A stretch of DNA of 64,000 nt from the human T2T-CHM13v2.0 reference genome, Homo sapiens (GCF_009914755.1 NC_060930.1), one strand, 5' to 3'. Positions 1 through 18,303 are shown, numbered from the stretch's first letter. Notes: generated by a model not told the origin, from the sequence alone. Made by a program: numbers and translations.

Positions 1-1338
1 ACATGGGACCAATAGGGTAAAATTCTCAATTTAATAAAGGAATTAGAGTCCCACGCTAACATTATTTTTCATGAAAACCTCTGGTTTCTGATGTGGTTTT
101 GTGGGTTCATTATCACCATTTTCATGTACTGGCTTCTTGACTTTGGACATGTTACCGAAACTCTCTGTGTCTGAGTATGCTAATCTATGAAATGGGTAAA
201 CTTATGGAACTTATGGTATAGGTTGATATCAAGATTTAATTACAAGGTCACACAAAGCACTTAGAAAAGTAGCAAGTGATAGTAACTGCTCATTAAATAT
301 AAATTTTGGGGGGTGGAGCCAAGATGGCCAAATAGGAACAACTCCAGTCTAGAGCTCCCAGCGTGAGCAACGCAGAAGACAGGTGATTTCTGCATTTCCA
401 ACTGAGGTACCGGGTTCATCTCACTGGGGAGTGTCAGATACTGGGTGCAGGACAGTGGGTGCAGCACACCAAGTGTGAGCCAAAGCAGGGCGAGGCATTG
501 CCTCACCTGGGAAGCACAAGGGGTCAGGTAATTCCCTTTCCTAGTCAAAGAAGGGGGTGACAGACGGCACCTGGAAAATCGGGTCACTCCCACCCTAATA
601 CTGTGCTTTTCCAACAGTCTTAGCAAACAGCACACCAGGAGATTATAACCCGGGCCTGGCTCAGAGGGTCCTACGCCCACAGAGCCTCTCGCTCATTGCT
701 AGCACAGCAGTCTGAGATCAAACTGCAAGGCGGCAGCGAGGCTTGGGGAGGGGCGCCCACCATTGCCAAGGCTTGAGTAGGTAAACAAACTGGCCTGGAA
801 GCTCAAACTGGGTGGAGCCTACCTCAGTTCAAGGAGGCCTGCCTGCCTCTATAGTCTCCACCTCTGGGGGCAGGTCATAACGGAACAAAAGGCAGCAGAA
901 ACCTCTGCAGACTTAAATGTCCCTGTCTGACAGCTTTGAAGAGAGTAGTGGTTCTCCCAGCATGTAGCTTGAGATCTGAGAACAGACAGACTGCCTCCTC
1001 AAGTGGGTCCCTTACCCCTGAGTAGCCTAACTGGGAGGCAGCCCACCATAGGGGCAGTCTGACACCTCACACGGCTGGGTACTACTCTGAGACAAAACTT
1101 CCACAGGAACAATCAGACAGCAACATTTGCTGTTCACCAATATCCACTGTTCTGCAGCCTCTGCTGCTGATACTCAGGCAAACAGGGTCTGGAGTAGACC
1201 TCTAGCAAACTCCAACAGACCTGCAGCTGAGGGCCCTGACTGTTAGAAGGTAAACTAACAAACAGAAAGGACATCCACACCAAAACCCCATCTGTACGTC
1301 ACCATCATCAAAGACCAAAGGTAGATAAAACCACAAAG

Positions 1339-2656
<1,318 letters not shown>

Positions 2657-2716
2657 AGATCATCGAGGCTAGGAAGAAAATGCATCAACTAATGAGCAAA
2701 ATAACCAGCTAACATA

Positions 2717-6535
<3,819 letters not shown>

Positions 6536-7148
6536 ACAGTGAGAACACATGGACACAGGAAGGGGAACATCACACTCTGGGGACTGTTGTGGGGTGGGGG
6601 GAGGGCGGGAAGGATAGCATTAGGAGATATACCTAATGCTAAATGATGAGTTAATGGGTGCAGCACACCAGCATGGCACATGTATACATATGTAACTAAC
6701 CTGCACATTGTGCACATGTACCCTAAAACTTAAAGTATAATAATAATAAAAAAAAAAGAAAAAAAAAAGAAAATGTGGCACATATACACCATGGAATGCT
6801 ATGCCACCATAAAAAATGATGAGTTCATGTCCTTTGTAGGGACATGAATGAAGCTGGAAATCATCATTCTCAGCAAACTATCACAAGGACAAAAAACCAA
6901 ACACCGCATGTTCTCACTCATAGGTGGGAACTGAACAATGAGAACACATGGACACAGGAAGGAGAACATCACTCACCGGGGACTGTTGTGGGGTGGGGGT
7001 AAGGGGGAGGGATAGCATTAGGAGTTATACCCAATGCTAAATGACGAGTTAATGGGTGCAGCACACCAACATGGCACATGTATACATATGTGACAAACCT
7101 GCATGTTGTGCACAGGTACCCTAAAACTTAAAGTATAATTTTAAAAAA

Positions 7149-7663
7149 TCAAATATATAGAAAAAAATACACACCAGATTTTGAATACTTAGTATGAAAA
7201 ACAATAATTTTAATATATTGACTACATATTAAAATAACATTTTAGATATAATGAGTTAAATATATTATTAAAGTTAATTTCATCTGTTTCTTTTTACTTT
7301 TTAAAATGTGGCTACTTAGAAACTTTAAAATTACATACAGGGTTGTGGCCCCCAGCATATCTCTGTCAGGTACCCTGGGCTATTAAACTCCAAATTACCT
7401 AACTGCCTTTGTTCTAATTCAGTGCTTACCAACGAACCTTCTGATTACTTATCTAAGCTTATAAGTATACCTCAGTAACAAAAAAAGGAGTATCATACGT
7501 AAGAGACTTATGTATTCTGGACCCTTTAAGATATCTCCTCTACCAAATGTAAAATAATAAATACCATTCTGGTTTCCCTTAAAAAAAAGATATCCAACCA
7601 AATGATTTTTATTAAATATGCATTAAAACTCAAAATAAATAAATAAATAAATAAATATAAATT
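7149..7663 (+). other. L1 3'-transduced segment with (AAAT)n tail and 3' TSD; contains a MER3/MER33-like DNA element fragment
   Basis: Absent from the paralogous empty site at 20630-20660; ATTAAA at 7611; TSD aaatataaatt 295-305 / 7653-7663. Confidence 0.75.
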
Positions 7664-9132
7664 ATCTTTAGAATTTTGAGATATAGCTGGCTATTTCATC
7701 ATATCATCCTTTAAAAAATTTAAATCAATCTAAAATTGATGAAAATATACTTTGATCTTGATCTACAACCAGTAATTTAAACCTTGGAGTAAATTACACC
7801 TTGTCCTGAGACAAGTCACTTTGGTGGAAATGGCAGCCAGCAACAAAGCTGTCTCAGTCTGATCAGAAGCTATGAGTGGTTGCAGGTATTTAATACTGAT
7901 ATGAAATTCAGTTATTACGTAATGATGAAGTTGACTTACATAGGCAGAATCTGTCAAACCAAAAGTCTAAGCAAAAGTTATCAAGATTCTCTGGATTTCA
8001 CTGTTGATATGATCTGGTTCCAATCTTGACTCTGCCTCATAATAGCTGTGTGATCTGGGAATCATCACTTAACATCTTCAAGCCTTAGTTTCCTCATCTG
8101 CAAAATGGGGAAAGAATATTTCCTTAATCAGAATTTTGTAATGTTTCAAAATGCATGATACAGGGCCTGACCCACATACATCAAGTAATAAATGGTAGTT
8201 GTGTTTCCAGTGGCTAATTACACTTTAATGGAGTTCTTTATGGTGAAAATTCAGGAATTTAGGGATTTCTAGCTTGCTCCGTGGAACAGAGTTTGTTGTG
8301 GATCTATGATCACATAGGACCAGGATCTAGAGGTTACGGGGGGTGTGTGCCAGCAATTAATATAGCATCCAGTTCAGGACAAACCTAAGGAACGATGTGT
8401 GGTCCTGGCAGGAGGGTGACCGAGATGGGGTGGGATTGGCAAGTGGGATGTGCTTGTGAGGCTGAGGACTGGGTTGTGATCATCAGCCTTAGGGCACTGA
8501 GACCCCAGAAGCCTGAGCAAGGTCTGCAGTCAGCCCTGCCCCCGCCTTCAGTCAGGCTAGATGGAGACCAGGGAGCCTGTGTTCCTCCCAGCCTTGCCCC
8601 TCCCCTCTCTCCTGCTGAACTCTTCCTACCCGGGCTCTGAACACATCCCTGAGCTGCAGAGCTGATGTCTGGGTGACAGGGTATTCATTTGTACAAAGAA
8701 AACAACCTGGAATGGCAGTGTTTGGATTTCTTATGTGCTTGTTTCCTCGTAGGATTGAGAAAGGATGAGGCTAAGGTCCCAAGCCCTCGTGAAACAATGC
8801 ACAAAGTACCGTTCCGAGGTTCAGGTCCACGCGGCGCTGTGAGGCTGAAGGGGCGCGCTAGAAGTTCCCTTCACAGGACGCCACCTCACCTGAAATCCTC
8901 CTTTTCTGCTGCCACCCGAGGGACAAGATATGTCCACCTACTTGTAATAATTCCAAGGAAATCCCAGATCCATAAGATTAATCCTTAAATACTTCAATGT
9001 GTTTTCCTAAAACATACTATTCTAAAGATAGAACTAGTACATTATCACACATGAAATATTAACAATAATTCTTTCATGTCATCAAATATTCAGTCAATAT
9101 TCATGTTTCTAATTGTATAAATACCAAAATAA

Positions 9133-9443
<311 letters not shown>

Positions 9444-9721
9444 AATGCCATAATTATTGTTTACAGTTTGTTTAAATTCTAATCCACTTAAGTTCTACAC
9501 TTTGTGATTAGTTTTTTAAATATATTTTAATATTGAGGCTCTTAGATGATAAGAAATTTTAACAATTATTAGGTCAAATCTGTTCATCTTTTTCTTAATT
9601 ATAGTCCATTTTTATTTAAGGCACAATGCTTCAGTTAGTAATCATCTCATAGTTTCTGTGGGAAAAGTATGTGATAACACAATTTTAAATCCAACTTAAG
9701 ATGACCTAACTCAGAACCTAC

Positions 9722-9808
9722 CTCTACTCCGGCTGCAGCCAGGAGCCACCAGGTGGACTCCATTCTGCCCTGTGCATTGGAGTAGTGGAGCTTGGGCTTC
9801 TCTGCCAT
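9722..9808 (-). pseudogene. GSTA11P: GSTA exon 2 coding part, open frame (exon to 9838)
   Basis: 87 nt, [29 protein letters not shown]; cag| and |gtaggt intact. Confidence 0.9.
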
Positions 9809-10914
9809 GGTAGCAGTCTCCTGGAGGTTTCTCTAAGCCTGAATGAATGAATGAAAGAAAGAATGAATGAATGAATAATTTAAGCCATAGAATCAAAAAT
9901 GTACTTTAGGATGTATGGTTGAAAACCACAAACAATGCTGAAGAAGAACCTGCATTCTTCATGACGGTGTTGGAGGAGTTCCCAGAATGTTTTCTTGGCC
10001 CAAATTGTTACCCATCAGTGGGCACCCTCAGATTCCAGCAAACCAGTCTCAAGTCTTCATTGGCTAACTGTGACTTTTCTTGGCAGCCTAAGAAGTGAGA
10101 GTATGTGGTAATAATACATGTATAGGAGTTAATGGGAAGAGGAAGAATTCAAGAACTAATATTTATTGAAAACTTCCTAATGATCCTTCTTCAGTCTAGT
10201 CCCTTTCAATATTTTATATCTTTAACCCTCCTTATAGTCCCATGAAATGGTTTTTTCCTCCATTTTTTAGTTAATGAAATGGAACATCAGAAAAATGCAG
10301 GGTTCACAGTCACACCCTGGCTGGTGACAGACATGAATATCTACACCAAGGACTAAAATGAAGTCATGCCTGGAAGCCACCCAGTGAAGGCCCTGGGAAC
10401 CCATGAACTGGCCATGAAACCAGAGGATGTCACTGACAGGGAGGACCGGCAGGGAGCTAAGTCACTCTTCAAAACAAAAAGCAAAAATTAGGCCTCAGAG
10501 TTGTACAACTGTAGTTAGAAGACCAAATTCTTTCAAAGACAGAGAATGCTAATCCCTTGCTTCTTTCGGCATTCTATATTCTAACTCTATGGGGTGCATT
10601 TTATTTCATAACCTGGAAAAAAAGATGTTGTTGCATTAACTTTGCAAGATATGGAAGGAGCTAGCATTTGTTCAACGTCAGTTACACAACTGGTTATTTT
10701 TCTAAACTTCTCCTCATTTTATCCTACAAAAATCACTTAAGGTGAATGAGGTTGTTATTCTTATTTTTTACAGTTGGGGATACGAGGTTTTTTAAAGTAA
10801 CTTGCCCAGATTAAGTGGTGGATCTGGGATTCAGACTCACTGCTATTAAAAACTAAAGACCGAGTCTTATTTTCTATGTTAGTGTTTCTCAAATATGCAT
10901 GGTAAGAGTTCAGC

Positions 10915-11034
10915 AGATTGTGAAACCTCACTACTTTTTAAAATAAAATAGAAAAGAATAGAAAATATCAGCGAGATTGTGAAACCTCACTACTTTTTAA
11001 AATAAAATAGAAAAGAAGAGAAAATATCAGCGAG
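10915..11034. repeat. 59-bp tandem duplication (2 copies)
   Basis: agattgtgaaacctcactac...aaaatatcagcgag starts at 10915 and at 10974; single copy in the paralogue near 26882. Confidence 0.9.
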
Positions 11035-12551
11035 CATGACATGTTGAAGGGTAAGTAATGTTTCATGAGTTGTTAGTTTCAGTTATTTGTATATTGTGTG
11101 TATGGATGTTTGCATGTGTGCACGTGCACTTGCTCATTGTAAATGGTTAGAGATAAATTGACTGGGCTCATCAGTGAAGTTTGATAGCCCTTGCTCTATC
11201 CCAGGCTGTTTGGGAGATGGAACATAGCAGAGTATCAGAGAATGAAAACCAATGGCTGCAGGGACAGATGCAACTAATCGTATCATGAATGTGAATGGAA
11301 GGACACAGGACTCATTGAAAGCAGGAGTTCCAGTGCCAGGATTTAGGGACAGTTGCATTTTCTCTCCAAACACTCAGCTCTGTCATTAAACATTAAGATT
11401 CTTCTTGCAAAGTTTTGTGGTTGTCGAGTTTGGAACAAAAATGTACTTGTCTTTGCCAACTAATGTATTTCTTAAAAAGTTTGTATGCTTGAATTTAGAC
11501 GTCAAAATCTTTTAAATGTCTACGTTTTAAAATGTGGGAGTCAAGAGTTTAACCTTTGGAAAGTAAAGAATTTTTAGAAACCATACTGAATCAACTCACC
11601 TGTTTTGTAATTAGAAATTTTGACACTGCACTTTTCTGTCTTGGGAAATGGAAATAGCATTATTCAGCAGAAAGAAAGGGAGAGTGAAGTTCACACGAAA
11701 GTGTGGGGTGTGGTTGTTTAATTGCTATGGATTAGAGTTCACAGTGTCATAATTCTAATCCCCACACTAAGCTCCCTTAGCCATTGATTGAGGATCATGT
11801 TTCAACAGGAAAGAAATGTTTATCTTACATAACGTTTTATCACAACACTACTGCTGGTAACTAACATGTCAGCTTCTCAATATGAGGTTTCCTAAGGTCC
11901 AGCTAAGACTGGGACGAAGGTTACCGTTGAGCTTTATTGGGTCAACAGAAAATGAGAACCAGAGAGCTCAAGGATTTGCCATGGGTCGCACATATATGCT
12001 CCTCATTCATGATCAATATCTAGGGAGTGTGTCTACCTTCTGCAACAACCGTGGGAAATGGCTTCTAATATCCTAATTATAGATGGGCACACTGAGGTTC
12101 AGAGAGCTAAAGTGACTGGCCCACGCTGCACACTTGGTGAGTGTTGGGTCAGCCTGAACTCCTTCTGATTGCAGGTCCAGAGCTGTCCAGAGCTTTTCCC
12201 CTCCACCCTGTAACCTGGCTCTCAGCTCCTGTCTGAGAAGTTGTTTTATATTTTCCTATTCAGAGTCCATTAGCCAACTAAATGGTGGAAGGCAAGGGCA
12301 AGAGGGGAACATCTAATCCTTGAGTTCTTTCTGTTAGCAACTTTTCAGGGGACTTTCAGAAAGTGTGCCTTTCTCTACTTTGACAAACTAAAAACCAGAG
12401 TGAGTTGAGGACTAGTATAACTGTATTTATATCAATTAAAAAAATGGGTTTAACATCACAAAAGCCACAATTAACATTTAGGTAAAGCACTTCATTGTGT
12501 AAAACGTTAGAATATTGGTCTTGCAAGTTCTTGGCCTCCATGGCTGCTTTA

Positions 12552-12674
12552 TCAAATCTTCAAAATCTCTCTTGCTTCTTCTAAAAGTTTTGCCTTTTTG
12601 GGAGGCTTCCTCTGGCTGCCAGGCTGCAGAAACTTCTTCACCGTGGGCAGTTTGCTGATTCTGGTTTTCAGGAC
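12552..12674 (-). pseudogene. GSTA10P: Pseudogene exon 7
   Basis: 123 nt open frame, [40 protein letters not shown]. Confidence 0.9.
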
Positions 12675-13606
12675 CTGCAATGCACAAAGCACAGCCTCAG
12701 AGTGAAGCCAAGGACTGACACCACCATTAATACCACCCAGGGAATCTGAGCCTCTCCTACACAAAGACCAAATGAGGCCCCTCCATCAGCACCAGTATGA
12801 AGGCTGGGAAACAGACTCTGAGCGAGAAATAAGAGATAAGAGGAATATGAGAGAAAGAAGAGAAAAAAGATAAGAGAAAGAATATAAGAGGGAGAACAAG
12901 AAGCTCACTAGCATTCTCCCAAAGATGTATTTTAGATTTTATTTAGTTCAGTCTCCCTACTCTCTTCTTTATACATCAATCCTGAGGATTCGTGGCTTTT
13001 GTGTAAGTCAAGAAAAAATAATGTGCCTGTGAGATATCAACACAGATCAGCCTCTAGGCAGAAATGAAAATATGGGAAAATTGAGTTAGAAATGAAAATA
13101 GAAAATGTTAAAGACAAACCATGGGGCCACTCCCACTGAGGTATACAGGGCTGGGGGCAGTGTACTGGGAGAGCTGTGCAGAGAGAAACGCAATCAATGT
13201 CTGACAGCAGGAGCCAGAGCCCAGGGAAGGAAACCAGACAGAAAGGGCCCTGCTCAGACAGACTTGGTGTGGGAAGACAAGGGCACATATGGGATAAAGG
13301 ACATCACAGAGAATTCAGGAACAGAAACCACGTTGAAATAGAAGGATGGGGAGAGATGCTGGGCCCTGGATCCTTTCCATGATAAAAGGCAAATGCTCTT
13401 CATGAGGTAGCCACACATTTCACTGACATAACAAGAATCTTTCCCTGATTGTGAGGAATCAGGGCCTGGAAGCTCACTTTGGAGACCTGAGGGCACTGAA
13501 GGCCTGGAGAAGGCTGGTGTCAGAACATGGCTAGTCCCAGGACCCAGATCCGAGATCCCAAGATGGGAGATGTGGGGCTGCCTCTCCGGGCTACGAAATG
13601 GGTCAC

Positions 13607-13738
13607 CTTCAGCAGAGGGAAGCTGGAGATAAGGCTGGAGTCAAGCTCTTCCACATAGTAGAGAATTTCCACCAGGTGAATGTCAGCCCGGCTCAGCTTG
13701 TTGCCAACAAGGTAATCTTGTCCGCGGCTCTTTCACAC
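13607..13738 (-). pseudogene. GSTA10P: Pseudogene exon 6 with premature stop
   Basis: [43 protein letters not shown]; TGA at 13733-13735. Confidence 0.92.
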
Positions 13739-14919
13739 CTGGATAATTGGGGGAATCGGACCAGGAACACATGTGCAATCAGGCTGGGGCCCCTGCTTCT
13801 TCCTGAGTTTCTCCAGCCTGACATTCCCACCTCTGCTGCCTCACTGCATGGGTGCAGAGACCCGGATCTTTCTCCATGTTCCCTGACTCATTGAGAGAGT
13901 AAGAAGTGTGGCTCTTCTAATTCCTTGGTTGGAGCCCAGGCTCTCATTTTCTCTTCTCATTCCACCTCACTGCGGTGTCCACACCACCCACTCGGCTTGC
14001 ATCTTCCACATGGGCCAGGGGCTTAGCACCTGCTACAACATGTTCTGTCTTCCCCAGACCCTACAGCGTGCAGCCCTGATGTTCAGGGCATGATTCTACA
14101 CTCTGCTATCTCTCTCCAATCTCTCTTGGGAAGTGACTCCACCTTCATGACAGCACTCTTCTCCCAGGAGGAGACTATATCAGAGTCCTCATTTCTCCTT
14201 GTATGCACTCCTTATTTCCTGCTCTAGGATCTGAAGTAAACCTGGGTGAACTTGAATTCATCCCCTTTCTTGCAACATTGGCGCTTACTGATTTCACTGT
14301 GTTATAATCTGCATGCCACAGTATCCAGGGTGAGCTGCACTGATGTCTGCAATTTACTTTGAAATGCAAAAAAAAAAAAAAAAAAAATGCGTTTGACTGA
14401 GGGAGACAGGAGTGGAGTGACTGACACGTGTGGTAAAGCCCAGATGAGGAGATGTTAATTTTGCTGTCTAGGTGGTTGGTGTATATATGTTCATAAAATA
14501 TTTCTTTCAACTATTGTGAATGTATAAAATGTTTCATAACAAAATTTTTAGTGATATGTGGTATTTATTAAAATATTATAGCACATTCACACCATAAATA
14601 ATAAAATGAGAAAACACACAGCATCACTGATTTAAGGTAATATTTTGGCAAATACCCTTTCAGACTGTGTATACATATGTAAGTGTAAATAATTACTTGG
14701 TACATAAAGAAAATGCAACATTGAATGCTATATTGTAGCATACATAGTTCAAATTCATGTATCATGGGACTCTTTGGTAGAACTGGTGAAATTCTTCCTC
14801 ACAGTCTATTTTTATACCATGCCTTGAGAGTCAAGAGCTCAATTAACATCAAGGAAGCCTTTTTGGACCTGAAGGTCAATGCCCCAAAAATGCACAGGCA
14901 CTATTTTTCTGTTGCCTTA

Positions 14920-15282
14920 TGTTATGGATTGAATGTTTAAGTTTCCCCAAAATTCATATGTTGGGATCCTGACCCCCATGTGATGCTGTTAGTAGGTGAG
15001 GCTTCCAGGAGACGATCAAGTCATGGGGGTGGATATCTCATGAATGACATTAGTCCCCTTATAAAAGGGACCTTAGAGAACTCCCTTGGCATGTTTGCCA
15101 TGTGAGGACACAGCCAGAGATTGGCTGTCTATGAATCAAGGAACAGGAGCTCCCCAGATATGAAATCTGCTGGCACATTGATCTTGTACTTCCCAGCCTA
15201 CAGAGCTGTGAGATAGAAACATCTGTTCTTTAAGCTACCCAGTCTATGGTATTTTTGTTATAGCAGCCAAACTACAAAGAAA
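14920..15282 (+). mobile_element. MaLR LTR (MST/MLT1A-like)
   Basis: tgttatggattgaatg...tttaagctacccagtctatggtatttttgttatagcagcc; intron homology resumes at 15283. Confidence 0.75.
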
Positions 15283-15323
15283 CCCTCTAAACTCTTAGTG
15301 TCCTTATAGACTAAACAGCTTCT

Positions 15324-16450
15324 ATCATGACCTTTACAACAGTGAAATATGCCAGCATTTGGTCAATAACTGCCAGCTTTCCTAATTTTTGCCTCCACTT
15401 TCAGTTTATGACCAAACACAGAAAGTAAAATATTGATCTCTGAACAATCACATAGAAATTCACACTTCCAGCTAGCCAGCTTACAGCATCTTCATGCCAA
15501 CAACATGCAATCAGGGCATAACTTTTTCCACCACAAATCTCTCAGACTTTCCCGCCTGCCTCTGAATCTCTGGCAAACGCAAGTGATGGTGCCTGACTTC
15601 CTTACTATAGCAAGCTCGAAATAAACACCTTTTGCTTATTCTCATTTGGGTTGTCTTCATTCACTTTCACAGTTTTTCCAGAGGTTGCAACAAGACATGG
15701 TCTATGTTGCCCATTGCCGTGGACCCCAGCCGTCAGCCAGGTGCAGTATCCACAAAGGTTCCTTGTGCCTTGTGGCAAGTCCGCACCTGGGCTGAACTCT
15801 TTTCTCTTTGCTTTGAGCTCTTTCACTTTTTATTCTCAGTTTGGACCTCGGTTTTGTATTGGTTCCCATCTGCTTAGCATCCTTAATAGAACCAGGCCTT
15901 TTTTGCCTGTTTGTTTCTTTTCAGTCTTTTGTGGTACTGCTTTGTGCCATGCTATCGAGAAGTGTTTGTCATTAAAAAAAAAAAAAAAAAAAAAAAAAGA
16001 GGCAGCATATAGGCATAGGCCCAAAAGCCTGTTTTTCAAGACAGCCTCACAGTACACTGAGTTTGAGGTTATCATGGGATCTCTGTCCATGTTTACAAAC
16101 TTTGCTGTGGGTCATCCCTGAAACTAAATGAAATCCTTCACTCTTGGTTTTTGTTCTTGTTGTTCTTTAAACTTGGCAGTGATCCAGGCAGATTACAGCT
16201 TCCACCTGGGGCACAGCAGTGACTGTGACTTTAGGTTTTCTTTATCCCATTAGGTGGTAATCCATATAGTTGGGTGAAAAAAATCTCTTTCGTAGTTTGG
16301 AGGCTCAAATCATGTAGCCACTGAAAAGATAAAGACATGCCTAGGGCAAGATATGGGGAAGGGGCATGGCGCTTCCATGCCTTCCCTGGACGTGCCACCC
16401 TCCAAGAAGCTCCATGCATGTGTTCAGGTATACAGAAGCTCCCAGGTACA
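15324..16450. mobile_element. ERV1 fragment (MER4-group LTR end, leader, MER21-like segment) at the pseudogene exon 5 donor
   Basis: LTR-like end aataaa...tcactttcaca near 15670; A25 tract 15974-15998; MER21-like gggcaagatatggggaaggggcatggcgcttccatgcc 16343-16380. Confidence 0.55.
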
Positions 16451-16598
16451 GTTTCAAAGACAGGAAAATAATGGCTTCTTGTTCCCCCTTTGATCAGGGC
16501 AAGCTTTGCATCTTTTTCCTTAGGTGGAGGTAGTGCATAATGAAGAATCTTTTCACTCAAAATTTCCTACCTTCTACATATATCCTTCTACATTCATC
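16451..16598 (-). pseudogene. GSTA10P: Pseudogene exon 5, disrupted, donor lost
   Basis: ...PPKEKDAKLALIKGGTRSHYFPVFE runs straight into foreign sequence; ccttctacat is duplicated near the 5' end. Confidence 0.85.
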
Positions 16599-17269
16599 CT
16601 GAAAGACAAAAAGAACCAAACTGTCAAAATGCCTTCTGCCTTAGATTTTATGGTTTAAACACCTGAGACAGTAGAGCCTCAGATGGTGACAAAGTAATTC
16701 AGCTCCAGTGGGTGCCTTTTATATGCCAGTCATGCTCTTAGTTATACATACATATTACATTTATTTCTCAGAACATGCTACAGGGGTAGATATATGTCCA
16801 AAATGTTTGTCCTACACGTGACCAAATACAGGTACAGAGAATATCAACATCTGTGACCTGTCTAGAGTCACAGTCATGAGAGGAATTAGTGGAATCACTG
16901 CAAGTAACCACTGATGCTAAAAATAGGGTTTGCTATCTCAGCTGTGGTTTGCTTTATGGATGAGCTTAGCATGATTCATATAGCCAAAGACCTACCATTT
17001 AAGTAATCCCAAGGCAGAGTCCCTGGAACAGCCATCTCGAACATTTCTGTCTCCTTTTCTCACCATACTACATATCTCAGGCTCATTTTTATGCTCAATG
17101 TTCGAAGTTCTAAAAAAATTAAAAATAACAATAAATAAATAGGAAATAAAGCATATCTCTAAAAGCTATCTCTAAAGATATATACTTTCAAGCAAGCTAG
17201 TAATTTTCAACAACAACAAAAAAAGAAGATCTCCCAATTATTTTCTAATCACCTGGGAAAGCAGTAGCA

Positions 17270-17700
17270 CTTTGGCAGCCACTCCCCTTAGCCCCCTCCA
17301 TCCAGCCCCTTGCAACAACTGATTTACTTTCTAGATTCGAATGGTCTGGATAGTTCATACAAAAGAAATCATGTAACATGTGGCCTTTGGTGTCTGGTTT
17401 CTTTTATGGAACATGTTTTCAAGGTTCACCCATGTTGTAGCATGCATCAGTACTTTGACCCTTTTCATAGTCCAAGAATATTCCATTGTCTGCCACAGCA
17501 CGTCTTGTTCCTCCATTCATCCATGGGTGGACATTTGGGTTGTTTCCACCTTTTGCATATCATGAATAGTTCTCCTATGAACATTTCTGTGCATGGATTA
17601 GTGAGGCTGTGTTTTCCTTTATCCTGGTTGTAGACCTGGTAGTGGAATTGTTAGGTCATTGGTAACTCTATATTGGACTTTTCAAGGAACTGCCAACAGG
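17270..17700 (-). mobile_element. Old L1M 3' fragment
   Basis: Antisense ORF2-end motifs (ggacatttgggttgtttccacc, agtggaattgttaggtca); shared with GSTA3 intron 4. Confidence 0.65.
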
Positions 17701-18303
17701 GGAGGAGACCCCTCCTCCCAGCTTTGCTGGTGCAAAATCAGTGTGGCTGCTTAGGTCTGTATCAAATGCTTCACTTTAGGTAATCCTGGTATCTTGGGCA
17801 CCAGCCTCTGCTAACCTGAGTCAAGTTGACCAGTTCATATAATTAGTTGCTAACGTAGGTTCCTGGTCATCATTCTTGGAATTATTGGAACCTGAGATTC
17901 AGCTTCTTTAGAGCCTTCTCTCCCCAGGCCTTCATCTACCGACTCTCAAACATTCTATGACTTGTCCTAAGCTGTTGTTGGCGCCCAGTCTCTGAAGGCC
18001 TGAGCACCTGGAATCATGATTTGCCATCCTCCTGAGTTCATGGTTCATCAGTGTTTGGAAACCTCTGTCAGGGTGCTCGATCCATGGACTGCATCCTTTT
18101 CTAGAATCACCCTCACCTGAACCCACCCCATGTTCACTGTTTCCTCATCTCCATGGGACTCTGCAATACTGCAACTCAGCATACACACCCAAGGCCCAGC
18201 CTGATGCTGACGATAATGCCCCTGCCACGGTCCCGCCCACTCAAGGAAGGACCTAAATCACTCTGTATTCTCTGTTAATGGAAGAACAGAAAATATACCA
18301 TAC

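Noticed and set aside
261-763. L1 antisense ORF0 and the 139-aa ORF
   Set aside because: The ORF0 ATG is present at 763 (MVGAPPQASLPPC...), but an extra GA near 688 frameshifts it to a stop after about 30 codons. The listed ORF is the orphaned remainder.
11590-11640. CAG|GTGAGT donor as exon 1 of the left pseudogene
   Set aside because: No TATA/HNF1 context, the paralogue at 27505 lacks the GT, and the true exon 1 homologue is at 33355.
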